Origin: a virus
Lineage: Duplodnaviria > Caudoviricetes
Reading direction: 5' to 3' (one strand)
Virus record (IMG/VR): IMGVR_UViG_3300050331_000110
Location: 1 to 55,484 of that record
DNA length: 55,484 bases
Shown: positions 19,126 to 29,489 of the stretch, in pieces
How positions within the stretch are numbered: the first letter of the stretch is position 1
How the letters are laid out: each line of letters begins with the position of its first letter
Position numbers and translations under genes: made by a program
Notes under the pieces: generated by a model
What the model was told of the DNA's origin: nothing
Database searches by the model: none
Seen by the model: only the letters and a program-made list of their open reading frames with translations

Positions 19126-19509
19126 TTATTTTGCTGGTAATGTTTTTGCATAAGGCGCCTCTGTCAAAATGAAGTAGTTAAAGGTTGCGTCCTGCCAGGT
19201 CTGCCTGAACCCGCACCGCTCGATAAAGCGGCGCTCTGCATCGTGACCATGGAATAGCCTGGTAGTCAGGAAGCCGTGCTTCTCCAGCAAGACGGAAAGC
19301 GTGTCAGCGATATTCTTGCGGGTGATCGCACTGCCGATATACTCCGGCTTTGCGCAAACGTGCATCTCGGTGCCGCGCAGCATTACCACCCCGCACAGGT
19401 CGCCTTCTCGATAAGCCGGGATCAACTCCCACTTGGCAAGCTCCGCTTCTATTTGCGCTGGCAGGATGCCGTTGTCTGCAAGGTGCTTGCGCAGGAAGTC
19501 ATACACCAT
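19126..19509 (-). CDS. Phage GNAT-like protein
   Basis: EMHVC, RRFIERCGFR; usual position before ejection genes. Confidence 0.55.
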   Translation of the reverse strand: MVYDFLRKHLADNGILPAQIEAELAKWELIPAYREGDLCGVVMLRGTEMHVCAKPEYIGSAITRKNIADTLSVLLEKHGFLTTRLFHGHDAERRFIERCGFRQTWQDATFNYFILTEAPYAKTLPAK

Positions 19510-20471
19510 TACAGCTTGTTCAGCCGGGTATATCGCTTAGCTGGAGCTGGCGCCGGAGCCGGAGCCGTTACCGGAGCTGCGGTAGTGGCAGGAGCCGCTG
19601 CCGGAGACGATGCCGCGGATTGGGCTGGGGCTGGGGTAACGTCTGCAAGCACACCACGGATATTGATGTTCGATATTGCAGACAGCAAAGCCATACCATC
19701 CTTGGCGCGTTGCAGCGAACCTGCAATCATGCTGGCGCGCGCCGCAGGATCGGTGATATTCGTGTCGGCGTTGATCTTGTAGATTTCATTCATGTGCGTA
19801 TCCCACAACTTCGCCGCATCACCGCTGGCCTGTATTTGGTTGTTGTACGCCGCCTGGATGTTGGCCAGTTCAACCTTGTTTGCCGCGTCAAGTGATGTGA
19901 TATTGGAGCGCGTTACGGCATCCAGATTGGCGAAGATCGCCTTGTTTGCGGTCTCGGCATTGATCTGCTTCGCCTGTTCCTCGGCTGAGAACTTGGCTTG
20001 CGCAGCCTGGTTGGACGCTTGCGCGTTGTTCTGGTTTACGCTGGTCGTCAGGTTGGCATTGGTCTGACTTGCCTGATTGGCTGCCCCAGCATTGAATTGC
20101 GCCGAACCGGCATTGGTTGATGCGTCCTGCTGGGCAATCGGAAGCGCCGCGCGAATTACCGCATCCTGCCCAGCACCCACCGCCATGCTGCTGTTAATCA
20201 ACCCGATGCGGTTTGCCGATTGTTTGGCAGTTGTCTCGGCCTGCTGCATTAGCGGCGAGTTGGAATCGATGATGGTCTTAATCTGTCCTTGCACGGTCTG
20301 CGGGGCATCCACCTTCCAGTTATTCGTCGTCGCCAAAGATGCCGCGGCCGCAGTCGGAGTGTAACCGGCAGGCGCGGCAATGTCGGTAGTATTGCCTATC
20401 GTCGCAGCCTGGCCGGCAACCGGAGGCTTCGGAATTGTCGGCAAGTCGATCAGTCCTGGGATGGTCGCCAT
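19509..20471 (-). CDS. Putative internal virion protein
   Basis: Ala/Asn/Gln-rich, GLINSSMAVGA motif, Pro/Ala tail. Confidence 0.6.
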   Translation of the reverse strand: MATIPGLIDLPTIPKPPVAGQAATIGNTTDIAAPAGYTPTAAAASLATTNNWKVDAPQTVQGQIKTIIDSNSPLMQQAETTAKQSANRIGLINSSMAVGAGQDAVIRAALPIAQQDASTNAGSAQFNAGAANQASQTNANLTTSVNQNNAQASNQAAQAKFSAEEQAKQINAETANKAIFANLDAVTRSNITSLDAANKVELANIQAAYNNQIQASGDAAKLWDTHMNEIYKINADTNITDPAARASMIAGSLQRAKDGMALLSAISNINIRGVLADVTPAPAQSAASSPAAAPATTAAPVTAPAPAPAPAKRYTRLNKL

Positions 20472-20520
20472 AAAATTTACTCCATTCGTTGATTTAACTT
20501 TTGCGATGCCAGCCAGCTCA

Positions 20521-20901
20521 TCATAACGTTGCGGCCAGCGTAAACATGTTGTCGAGCTGGGCTTCTGTCAGGCTAAGCTGCACAGCGAGCGATTGTACAA
20601 GTGGGCTACTGCGCTCCACCGTACTTGCAAATTCCCACTCGATGCGGGCAGCATCGCCTTCTACACCGGCCATGCCTGCGATAGCCGTATTGACTATGGC
20701 CAGCAAACCAGACTGGAGCAGGGCAAGCCGCGCCTGCCGCATATTAACCACGCTGGGGGCTGGCTTTGGGTCTGCTGGCTGTAGCGTATTGCCTGCCGCA
20801 AGCCAGTCAGTAACCTCGGCATAAGCCTCAGACCCCTCTGGTAAAAACCACATGTCGGAGAGCCTTATTGCTCCGTCCGAATTCGGTGCTTGTTTGTACA
20901 T
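20521..20901 (-). CDS. Tail fibre assembly/chaperone-like protein
   Basis: AAGGAG RBS before MYKQ; WLAAGN, RQARLAL, IEWEFA motifs; follows the fibre gene. Confidence 0.6.
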   Translation of the reverse strand: MYKQAPNSDGAIRLSDMWFLPEGSEAYAEVTDWLAAGNTLQPADPKPAPSVVNMRQARLALLQSGLLAIVNTAIAGMAGVEGDAARIEWEFASTVERSSPLVQSLAVQLSLTEAQLDNMFTLAATL

Positions 20902-20911
20902 TGTTTTCTCC

Positions 20912-21946
20912 TTACAGTATCTTAAAAAATACCCAGTTGATGTTTGTTGTCCCACCAGAAACCTGTTTTCCTTGCACGTCCATCCCTGAAACCTGCAAGG
21001 CAGCACTTGCACCATTTGCAGTCTGGAGCATTGTTCCCGCCAGTGTGTCGAACATGGCTATACCTTCCGCCACATAAAGAGTACCGGAATCAGTGAGGCG
21101 CATAGAAATCAAATACATCCCTGCGGTTGCCGTGAAAAGCGTTGTGAATGTGTTGCTTAATGCAGATGTAGTCCCTGACGAGCTTCTAAACCTAGGAGCC
21201 TCTACGTAAGTCCCTGCAATAATTGCCTTCGCCACAGCCAATCCGCCAGAGACAACCGTGCCGCCTACCGTAGAACTCGACGCATCCGTTGTGTCGGAGA
21301 AGGTCTTAATTCCGGCGATGCTTTGATTGCCGGTTAACATGCACGCAGTAGAAGCTGTAGCTATATTCACGCCTTCAACAGCAATAACGCCAGCAGATAC
21401 CCTGGATAGAGTAGTGTCTGAGGCGTGGCCTAATTCGATTGTGGCTGCTGAGAAGGCCTGCGAGACTGAACCGGCTATGGCTGCAAAGGTGCTGCCGAGC
21501 GTAGTTTTAAGATTTGCCCATGTCAGCTTTTTACCAACGAAAGACGCTGCACTATCCGACAGCAACAACTCGTCTGCATCGACCGGGGTAGCCTTGCTGG
21601 TTGCAGCATGCACCTTAGATACGATCCATGCCCACAGGTTTGCGAAGGTCAGCTCCTTCAGGACACTGGATGCCTCGCTATCTATCATCGGCAGCGTGTC
21701 GGCATCCACCGGGGTGGTCTTCCCCGAGGCGGCCACGATGGTCTCTGCGATCAGGGTACTGGCAGCAACTGCCTCTTGCGCCGTCCCTCCTGAGTTGATG
21801 CGCACCACCTTTGAACCGTTCCCGGTAAGCGCAGGCAGTTTGTCGAAGCCATCAGAAACCAGCGCGAGTTCAGAGCGCATTGACGCGCTCGATCCTTGCG
21901 CACCTGTTGATGGGTAGCCAGATTCTGAATAATAGTCATTTGCCAT
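20912..21946 (-). CDS. Tail fibre protein
   Basis: N-terminal anchor (ELALVSDGFDKLP), Ser/Thr/Gly-rich, QSIAGIKTFS fibre motif, internal repeat. Confidence 0.75.
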   Translation of the reverse strand: MANDYYSESGYPSTGAQGSSASMRSELALVSDGFDKLPALTGNGSKVVRINSGGTAQEAVAASTLIAETIVAASGKTTPVDADTLPMIDSEASSVLKELTFANLWAWIVSKVHAATSKATPVDADELLLSDSAASFVGKKLTWANLKTTLGSTFAAIAGSVSQAFSAATIELGHASDTTLSRVSAGVIAVEGVNIATASTACMLTGNQSIAGIKTFSDTTDASSSTVGGTVVSGGLAVAKAIIAGTYVEAPRFRSSSGTTSALSNTFTTLFTATAGMYLISMRLTDSGTLYVAEGIAMFDTLAGTMLQTANGASAALQVSGMDVQGKQVSGGTTNINWVFFKIL

Positions 21947-21955
21947 GCCAACTCC

Positions 21956-23992
21956 TTAACGTACGCCACGCCTGTGCGAGTAGTGAAAAATCAAGCTGTT
22001 TACCGTGTACGGCATGATGTAATCCGTGCCGGACGTGATCGTGACCTGCACGTTTTCTGCGGTGCCTTCCATCTGCACCTCGGTGGGCGACAACGTGCGG
22101 CCGTCCCATGTGAATGAATCCCATACAAACGAATCCCACGCGGATCCGGAAAAGTTCGACTCATAAGACCTGTTGTTCGGCTGCATTTCCTCGGTGGATC
22201 CGTAGGCCAGGCTGTATCCGAACGAAATAGAGGCATAAGCCGTCCCCTGAATTTCAATGCTACCCTTGCGCCAGCGCTTCAAGATGCGAGGCGTTCCGGC
22301 ATGATTCCAGTTGAACTTGATGTAGGCGCTCAATGCGGCCCCGTCGAAGCTCGACCCCTTGTCCAGTTGGTACACCATGCCGTTGGTCGAGCCGAAGAAC
22401 AGCGCCTCGTCGCCGTTGCTCATTTCCGCTTCGCAGGCACACACCACCGGGTTGTCGAAGTAGATTTGCGTTCCGCCGAGATATTTGCCGTTGACCACCG
22501 TCGCGTACAGCGCATAGCCGTTGGTGAAGAACAGACGGTACTGGCTGCGCTCTCGGCTCAGTGACGAATAGGCAACACTGTTCTTGTTGGATGCTATGAA
22601 TGTCCTGATGTTGTTGGTCAGCGTTGCCTGGTCGAAATTGCCGAATGCCTGCGATGTCTGTAGCGTGTTTACGCCGCGGTCATCGAGAAAGTGCGTCTGC
22701 GCCATCTGCTGCGCCGTGTAGTGCATCGCTCCAACGCCGTGCGCGTAGGTGGTGAAGTTCCAGTCCGAAGAGCTGGTGCCGTACAGCAAGAAGATGTTGT
22801 TGCGCCCGAAAACCGCCAGCGTGCCGACCGTCTGCGCGCCTGGTTGCACGATGAACCCGGTTACAGTGTCGCCAGTGGCTATCTCGGAGCCGCCTGCCGT
22901 GCTTGTGTAGTTGTATGGCTGGGCTATCCCTGAATGTATAACCGAACTGCCTATCGAGCAAAACAAGTGATTCTTGAATGCGGTGATGTGCTTCGGGGTG
23001 TCCGGCGAGCTGCCGGTGGCAATCGGCACGAAATAAGTGCCGTCGAACTCGAACATGCGATTCACGCCGTCGCATCCGTACAGGCGCATCCCGCTGGCGG
23101 ATCCGAAGAAATTGGCCTGATCGAACTCAAACTTTCCGCCAACCGACATCGTGATTGCCGTCTGCGCACCTGACAGCGTGAGCGCGCCGGCACCTGTAGT
23201 TGTGGCCGCGCCTGCTGCAAAGTTACCGCCGGCCGCAACAGAGATCACCAGCCGCCCGGTATTGGTCCCCGATACCAGCGTTCCGGTCTGCACCAGCACG
23301 CGCCGGATCGTTGCCGTCACACCTCCCTGCGTTAGCGTGTCGCCATCCCCCACACTGGTATTCGCGTTGCTGAACGATACCTCGTACTCGAAAGCCACTT
23401 GGGTCCAGCCCGACGTGGTGGACTTATACATATCCACGGCCGTCCCGCCGGCATTGGCGCGGAAGGCGTAAACGACATCGTTGTATGCGGCCACGCCCAG
23501 CACCGACCCGCTACCAGGAACGGCGGTAATATCTGCGCGATAGATGTCTGCCGCCGCATTGATGTACTGCGCGTTCTGCAGCGAAGTGATGCTTGCTGTT
23601 TGAGTCTCGGTCGTGCCTATCGATGTTGCGCCTACCCTGACTTCCTCCGGAATCGTGAACGCCAAGGAAGTCTTGGTCAGGATCATGTAGTTCGCGCCCA
23701 GCGCAGCAATTACGCCGGTCGCGCCGGAAGAAACGCCGGTAAGCGTCTGCCCCACGCTGGGGGTATTGGTGAAGCTGGCCACCTGCACCACCGAATAGAC
23801 CGCATCGCTGGGTTTTGATCTCCCGTCGAAACGCTCATACCCTCCGATGCGTGAATACCCTCCGTTCGCCGAGCATTCAAAATTCTGGCATTCCTTCAAC
23901 ACCCCAGGCTTGAGCGATAGCGTAGGCGTGATCTGATCCAGTCCGCCCTCGCAACGCACCATCTGGTAATTGACGGGCGTGAACTGCCTCAT
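21956..23992 (-). CDS. Tail tubular/nozzle protein
   Basis: 678-aa beta-rich protein following the adaptor; podophage gene order. Confidence 0.7.
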   Translation of the reverse strand: MRQFTPVNYQMVRCEGGLDQITPTLSLKPGVLKECQNFECSANGGYSRIGGYERFDGRSKPSDAVYSVVQVASFTNTPSVGQTLTGVSSGATGVIAALGANYMILTKTSLAFTIPEEVRVGATSIGTTETQTASITSLQNAQYINAAADIYRADITAVPGSGSVLGVAAYNDVVYAFRANAGGTAVDMYKSTTSGWTQVAFEYEVSFSNANTSVGDGDTLTQGGVTATIRRVLVQTGTLVSGTNTGRLVISVAAGGNFAAGAATTTGAGALTLSGAQTAITMSVGGKFEFDQANFFGSASGMRLYGCDGVNRMFEFDGTYFVPIATGSSPDTPKHITAFKNHLFCSIGSSVIHSGIAQPYNYTSTAGGSEIATGDTVTGFIVQPGAQTVGTLAVFGRNNIFLLYGTSSSDWNFTTYAHGVGAMHYTAQQMAQTHFLDDRGVNTLQTSQAFGNFDQATLTNNIRTFIASNKNSVAYSSLSRERSQYRLFFTNGYALYATVVNGKYLGGTQIYFDNPVVCACEAEMSNGDEALFFGSTNGMVYQLDKGSSFDGAALSAYIKFNWNHAGTPRILKRWRKGSIEIQGTAYASISFGYSLAYGSTEEMQPNNRSYESNFSGSAWDSFVWDSFTWDGRTLSPTEVQMEGTAENVQVTITSGTDYIMPYTVNSLIFHYSHRRGVR

Positions 23993-24669
23993 ACCAGCGG
24001 CCCCGACATTCCGAATTCAGGCAGGTAATCCGCCTCCATGCGCCGCATCAGGCGCTTGTATTCGCGCTCGCCCTTGCTGAACACCTCGGGAGCAGACTCG
24101 AATTCGCCGTACATCATCATGGCGCGGTAGATGATGATGAGTTCGTAGTGCGTCGGAATGACGTGCGTGCTGGCATCCGCCACGGTCATCTCGACCGGGC
24201 AGGTGAAGTAATCCGCCGTTACGGTGTATCCAGCAGGCGGGACGGGACCGAGGCCGATGGCCTTGGCTGGAGTGATGCAGAACTCGGAAGGCTGCGAGTA
24301 AGAGGTGCGGCTTGACCCGAATTGGTAGCGTGCGCGCCATACCTCATATTCGATCTCGTCCATTTCGATTTCGGCAGATGTTCCTGTGGCGGTCGGATAG
24401 TTCCGGAACGAGTCGCATATCCACTTGCCGAAGTTCGTTGTCCCAGCCTGTGCAGGCGTGTAGCTTGCCTGTGCGGCAACCGTGGTAAACGATGTCGAGG
24501 TGCGCAAGAAGCCCCAATCCTGATGCGCGCCTAGAATGTCCAGGTAGGCCGCATTCGCCCACTCGATCATGCGCAGCGCCTCTCCGCTCTGGCCGACAAC
24601 GGTGGTCATGTTGTCGCTGGAAACCCCGCATTCGCGGCACAGGCGCTTTGCCAGTTGGAGAAAATTCAT
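23989..24669 (-). CDS. Head-tail adaptor (tail tubular A-like)
   Basis: MNFLQLAKRL start, DWGFL, IPTHYELIIIYRA; position. Confidence 0.7.
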   Translation of the reverse strand: MNFLQLAKRLCRECGVSSDNMTTVVGQSGEALRMIEWANAAYLDILGAHQDWGFLRTSTSFTTVAAQASYTPAQAGTTNFGKWICDSFRNYPTATGTSAEIEMDEIEYEVWRARYQFGSSRTSYSQPSEFCITPAKAIGLGPVPPAGYTVTADYFTCPVEMTVADASTHVIPTHYELIIIYRAMMMYGEFESAPEVFSKGEREYKRLMRRMEADYLPEFGMSGPLV

Positions 24670-24689
24670 GCGCCACCCCTTGAGAAATG

Positions 24690-24711
24690 AAAAAACCCGC
24701 CGAAGCGGGTT
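24690..24711 (-). terminator. Intrinsic terminator
   Basis: AACCCGC-TTCG-GCGGGTT plus T run. Confidence 0.7.
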
Positions 24712-24771
24712 GAGAAAAAGCTAATCAGGACAGCCGCCTCGTTGGAAGCGGCTGTGTTAATCGCCTGCTGG

Positions 24772-25854
24772 TTAAGCCACAGTATTGGTGAACGGAGTTG
24801 CCTCGGTGCCGGCTGCGTCGCCGACGATCTTGACGAACCACAGATTTGCGGCAAGGCCTTCGATCTCGATTTCCTGACCAGCCATACCGCCTGTACTGTT
24901 GGCGGTGCCGAGCATGTCGATGGTATCTGCGGTATCAGCAGCGATGGAAGGCCAGCGAACCACGGTGTTGTCGGAGTCATTACCCATCAGCGCGTAGCCA
25001 ACCATGATGTCGGCGCCGGTGGCCGACTTGATCGTTGCAGCACTTGTGAAAGTGGTTTTGACGATGAATCGGAACTTGAGGCCAGCACTTGCAGCCGGAA
25101 GGGTGACGGCAATACCGGCAGCACGATCCAGCACGATAGTCTTCCCGCTATGCTCGGCTTCGGTAACGGTCAGGGTCGATGCCGTGCAATCGACAATGCG
25201 GGTGGAAACATCGCATTCGCGGTTGATTTCGGTAACGGTTGCCAGCCGCCCGTCCATATCCTGCTCGGTCGGAGTTCCGACAACGGCTGCATCGCCTGTC
25301 ACATACCACTGCGTTGCCGATGTCGGGATGAACCAGGCGGCGCGCCCCGGCCCCATCGTGAATACGCCAGTACCAGCCGTCAGGCTGTTGATCTGGTCAT
25401 TCCCGCCATTGACCGGAGCTACCGGCAGCGTGTTGGTCTGGCTGGTATTGATGACCAGGATTGCGCGCCCGGCGGATGCGGCCGGAAGGGCTACGCCAAC
25501 AGTGTTATCGGCACCGGTGACCGCGTTTACCTGGTCGGCCAATGCCGTATAGGTAGCCTGACCAGCCCCTGCCGCAGCAACCGCAGCGTTCGACAGGTTG
25601 ATGAAGCCTCCGTCAGGCATGGCGACATTACCGCTGGAATCCAGCACCAGCGCCTTACCTGCCGCGCCAGTGCCGTTGGTAATGCTGTCGATCTTCGCCA
25701 GGTCTGCCGCGGCGAGTCCATCCAGCGCGGCCAGTTCGGTCAGGTCAACCGTGCTTTCGGTGTTGTCGGAATTGACGATCTTGATGACTGCGCCACGCGC
25801 CATGCGCAGCGTTTTACCTACAACGAGGTTTGTGATGTTTCTCCAGAGGTTCAT
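24772..25854 (-). CDS. Putative head decoration/fibre protein with duplicated domain
   Basis: Two LPAASAG-containing repeats; located near the capsid gene. Confidence 0.55.
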   Translation of the reverse strand: MNLWRNITNLVVGKTLRMARGAVIKIVNSDNTESTVDLTELAALDGLAAADLAKIDSITNGTGAAGKALVLDSSGNVAMPDGGFINLSNAAVAAAGAGQATYTALADQVNAVTGADNTVGVALPAASAGRAILVINTSQTNTLPVAPVNGGNDQINSLTAGTGVFTMGPGRAAWFIPTSATQWYVTGDAAVVGTPTEQDMDGRLATVTEINRECDVSTRIVDCTASTLTVTEAEHSGKTIVLDRAAGIAVTLPAASAGLKFRFIVKTTFTSAATIKSATGADIMVGYALMGNDSDNTVVRWPSIAADTADTIDMLGTANSTGGMAGQEIEIEGLAANLWFVKIVGDAAGTEATPFTNTVA

Positions 25855-25915
25855 TTTGATTCTCCTTTACGGTAGTTGCCTTGCGGCTTTGATTGTGGTT
25901 TCGGGAGTTGCTGAT

Positions 25916-26587
25916 TTACTGCTGGCTGCGCAAGATGTCCTTGAGCCATGCCTCACCCTTTGGCGAGTCGCCGATCACAGTGAACGGATAGACTTCTGCT
26001 GTGGATGGCGGGTAGATGTACTTGTCCTCGCCGTCCGGTCCTTTCACTTTGACGTTCCCGTAGGTGGTGGCCATCGCCCTGGCAAGGCGCTCGACATAGC
26101 AGCGGCGAACCTGTATCTCTTCGCCGCGCGGGAAGCGCTGCACCCGGCCGTTGATGAAAACGTCCGGCAGCGGGTGAGCGTTCTTGTCGGTCGATTGGTG
26201 GATGCGAACCGTGACAATCTCGTTCGCAAACGCCATTTCGTCATGCCATTTCTTGCCGCGAATGCGCTTGCCATTGGCGTCGAACCCCAGCCGTTCCAGT
26301 TCCCCGCCAAGGTGATGACCTTCCTGGGTTGGGATCTTTGACGGAGCGCCGAGCAATTCACCGCCGGGGCCGAACTCGCGCGCCGGCTGCGTTGCAGGGG
26401 TGTGCTCCTGCGATTCAACCATCTTGCGAATAATTGCCGGGGCGCCGATGGATTCTGCTTGCGCCTTCATTTCGGCCTCGACCTTGGCGCGCTCATCGGC
26501 ACGAATACGCGCCTCTTCTGCTGCCTTGATCTCGTCCGCTTTTGCTGTACTTTCAGGGTTCTTTCTTACGCCTCTTGGCACGATCAT
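25916..26587 (-). CDS. Hypothetical phage head-region protein
   Basis: 223 aa with AAGGAG RBS. Confidence 0.6.
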   Translation of the reverse strand: MIVPRGVRKNPESTAKADEIKAAEEARIRADERAKVEAEMKAQAESIGAPAIIRKMVESQEHTPATQPAREFGPGGELLGAPSKIPTQEGHHLGGELERLGFDANGKRIRGKKWHDEMAFANEIVTVRIHQSTDKNAHPLPDVFINGRVQRFPRGEEIQVRRCYVERLARAMATTYGNVKVKGPDGEDKYIYPPSTAEVYPFTVIGDSPKGEAWLKDILRSQQ

Positions 26588-26641
26588 TCTCCTTTAATGA
26601 AAAAAGCCGCCCGAAGGCGGCCTCAGATTTGAGCTATTTGA

Positions 26642-27142
26642 TTAGCTCGATTGCGGACGGGTAGGCATGACGCATACGTTCTTGAATGTGTGCGTTGTGC
26701 CGGTTGCATTCCATGCAGAAGTTCCCAACGTCCATGCCGATGCAGATGGCGCGCAGCGATGAATGCTGTAGCCAATCGGGCAGAAGTCGTCAGGCAGATG
26801 CGGGAATTGTGGATAGTTAATAAACGCGCCAGCGGTGGTCGTCACACCGACTTGCGTATCCTCAATGCTGCCTTGGCATACAGCAATCGCACCAGCGGCA
26901 GTAACGCCCCAGACGTACACGGTCGCTTGGTTATTGCCCAGCGCGATAAATGCGGCACCAGTATTCGCATCGGTGGTTGGCGATGCGGTATTGGTTTGAG
27001 CGGCAAGCGTCGTACCAAACAGGCCATTGATGACATGCGCAGTGGTTGCGGTGGTGGTGTAAGTCGATCCACTGGCAGTGCCGGATGTTAATCCGGCATT
27101 AGTCAGGTTGAACGTCGCACCTGGAAGGGACAGATTTTCCAT
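26642..27142 (-). CDS. Putative capsid decoration protein
   Basis: Thr/Ala-rich 166 aa immediately after the capsid gene. Confidence 0.55.
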   Translation of the reverse strand: MENLSLPGATFNLTNAGLTSGTASGSTYTTTATTAHVINGLFGTTLAAQTNTASPTTDANTGAAFIALGNNQATVYVWGVTAAGAIAVCQGSIEDTQVGVTTTAGAFINYPQFPHLPDDFCPIGYSIHRCAPSASAWTLGTSAWNATGTTHTFKNVCVMPTRPQSS

Positions 27143-27206
27143 ATTGTTTCTCCTTGAAATGAAAAACCCCGCTCAAGGCGGGGCTAAAGGTTGCGTTGCG
27201 TCAGTC

Positions 27207-28250
27207 TTACGACAGGCTCGATACGCCGGCCTCGACCACTGCCATCCAGCCGTTGTTCACGACCAGAGCGGCAGACCAGAACGAAGCGCCGCAATAGCCG
27301 CGTTGGCCCAGCACGTCGTTCTTGTCAGTCTGAGTGTGCGGGATCACGTTCATGTCGAACGAATCCTCACCTTTCAGGCCGATGTCGAATACGGCGTTTT
27401 CACCGCAGACGATGAACGGATATACGTCGATGTTGGCCGCCGCGTTGGTGGTCGCGTACAGTGCAGAGTTCGCACCGCCTGCATCGGCATAAGCCGACAG
27501 TTCCGGGCTGAGAATGAAGCGGAACTCTTCGCAGGAACCGATTTCCTTGGGGCTGATGATCTTGGTGCCGGCATACTTGGAAACAGGAACGAAGCCAGGC
27601 AGGTCGCGCACGTCAGCAGCCGCATCGGTATGCACCATGACGATGAACGCTTCCTCGATTGCCGAGGTGTCATAGTCAGGGCCGGGACGGATGATGCTGG
27701 ACTTCTTGCCGGCATGGTTCGCCAGCAGGCCTCGGGCAGCACGGCGCAGCACGGTCAGGCTGATCGCCTCGTCGGTGGTGGCGCGGGTCGTGCCTCCAGC
27801 GTAAAAGACATTGGTACATGCCTTCATCACGCCGTAGCGGATCATTTCCTGCACCAGACCCATGCGCTTGCCCATGATGCTGGACATATCCTTGGGGATA
27901 TTGTCTTCATGCAGGTCGGCGGTCTTGTTCGTCCAGCCGTAGATAGCGCCGTACTGGTTGAGCTGCACGTTGACGTACTGATCGGTCAGCGATTCGGCTG
28001 CCGGCGTCACGCCTTCCTGCAGCAGATGCGAGGCTGCCGATGCAGACCAGCGGTTGATCGTGTTGGCGTTGGTGGTTGCGCCGCCGGTCGGGATGATGCG
28101 GCGGTAGCTGATGTTGTCGCCCTTGTTCTTGGGGATTTTTTTCAGTTCGCAGCCCAGGCCGAGCACGATAGTCGGCTCAGCGTATGCCAGGGTTTCACCC
28201 AGGATTTCATTCACGCGCCCTGCGGACGCGCCGTAAAGTTGAACAGGCAT
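27207..28250 (-). CDS. Major capsid protein, N4-gp56 family
   Basis: IPKNKGD, LQEGVTP, QYG, EIGS..EFRFI, DVLGQRG motifs; 347 aa. Confidence 0.88.
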   Translation of the reverse strand: MPVQLYGASAGRVNEILGETLAYAEPTIVLGLGCELKKIPKNKGDNISYRRIIPTGGATTNANTINRWSASAASHLLQEGVTPAAESLTDQYVNVQLNQYGAIYGWTNKTADLHEDNIPKDMSSIMGKRMGLVQEMIRYGVMKACTNVFYAGGTTRATTDEAISLTVLRRAARGLLANHAGKKSSIIRPGPDYDTSAIEEAFIVMVHTDAAADVRDLPGFVPVSKYAGTKIISPKEIGSCEEFRFILSPELSAYADAGGANSALYATTNAAANIDVYPFIVCGENAVFDIGLKGEDSFDMNVIPHTQTDKNDVLGQRGYCGASFWSAALVVNNGWMAVVEAGVSSLS

Positions 28251-28271
28251 GATTTGCTCCTTATGGATTGA

Positions 28272-29150
28272 TTACATTCGTTTGCCGGCTACCTTTTCGT
28301 AGCCAGCCCAAATTGATGCCTTGGCGTCCGGCTCCCCCTTGGGGGCTGCCTTCGTGCCGTTTGGAACTGTTGCCGCCGCCAGCCGCCTGTTTGGTTGCGA
28401 GGCTGGTTGTTGCGCCGCTGGTGCGCTTGGTTGTTTCGCTCTGGAGTTGAGCCAGTCCTTGTGTTGATCCAGCATCTCCGACACATAGAACGGATCTTGA
28501 GACCTCTCGAACCTCGCCCTCACCCGGTCCGGAAGGGTTGCCTTCCATTCCTGAAATTCAGGCTTTGCTCGAACCTCGATCCAGTCGGGGTGCGCCTCGG
28601 TTAGCTGCTCGAGAGCCGCTTCCTGATCCTTTTGCCTTGCGGCTTCCAGTCGCTCGGAAACGAGCTTTTCGATACCGCCAGGGTCAATGCCACCCCTTGA
28701 AGCCATGACTTTCGAGAATGCGCCTTGCAACTTGTCGGCAAGCTCCGGAAACTCGTCCCGAAGGTCAGCCAGCAATTCACCTGCATCGGCACTGTTCGCC
28801 GCCACCTCTCCGGCCGTTGTCGCCGTTGCGATACGCTCCTGAAGCTGCTCGATCTGCTGCTTGAGCGCCCCATAACGTCCGCCTTCATCGCGCAACCGCT
28901 TTTCAAGGTCAGGGATGCGTGCCACCTGCGTCAGCAACTCCTGCGCCCTTTCGTTCGTCAAAACAGATTCCGGCGGCGTTCCCGCGGTCGGCGCTGCTTC
29001 GCTTTCGTCTTTGGCTTTTTCAGGATTGGCAATACGGTCATAGGCCGCTTGCACTTCGCTTGCTGCAGGTTCTGCACCTACCGCTTCGGTGGTTTCCGGT
29101 TGATGGGTCCCTACTTCCGCGACTGTTGCTTCTCCGTTTTCTGTGGTCAT
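28272..29150 (-). CDS. Putative scaffolding protein
   Basis: Acidic coiled coil with HPDW motif, upstream of capsid; start set at MTTENG. Confidence 0.65.
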   Translation of the reverse strand: MTTENGEATVAEVGTHQPETTEAVGAEPAASEVQAAYDRIANPEKAKDESEAAPTAGTPPESVLTNERAQELLTQVARIPDLEKRLRDEGGRYGALKQQIEQLQERIATATTAGEVAANSADAGELLADLRDEFPELADKLQGAFSKVMASRGGIDPGGIEKLVSERLEAARQKDQEAALEQLTEAHPDWIEVRAKPEFQEWKATLPDRVRARFERSQDPFYVSEMLDQHKDWLNSRAKQPSAPAAQQPASQPNRRLAAATVPNGTKAAPKGEPDAKASIWAGYEKVAGKRM

Positions 29151-29288
29151 GTCCTCGTTATCTCCAAAACAAAAAATCCGCACTAGGCGGACACACGGCG
29201 AGCGGCAATAAAAAAGCCTGCACAGGGCAGGCTATTGCGGTTCACCACTTCACATCGGAGGTCGGGTTTCCCCGGCGTCCAGAATTCT

Positions 29289-29489
29289 TTACTCGATCTC
29301 GATTTCCTCTTGAGGTGTTCCGAGTGCGATGGTTTTCTTCACCTCTTCGATCCGGCCGCGCAGCTTTGCGGTGTCGGTATCGTTAAGGCTCTTGTCGTTT
29401 TCAGCGCGCAGGATTTGCAGGCGCTCCTTAAAATGCTTCTCCAGCTTTTCCCACAACGGGCTGCTGAGTTCGGCTTCGGTTAGCTTCAT
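29289..29489 (-). CDS. Small conserved head-region protein
   Basis: TAKLRGRIEEVK; lies between portal and scaffold. Confidence 0.55.
   Translation of the reverse strand: MKLTEAELSSPLWEKLEKHFKERLQILRAENDKSLNDTDTAKLRGRIEEVKKTIALGTPQEEIEIE

Noticed and set aside
20521-21946. Diversity-generating retroelement or invertase-based tail switching
   Set aside because: No reverse transcriptase, invertase or TR/VR repeat pair seen
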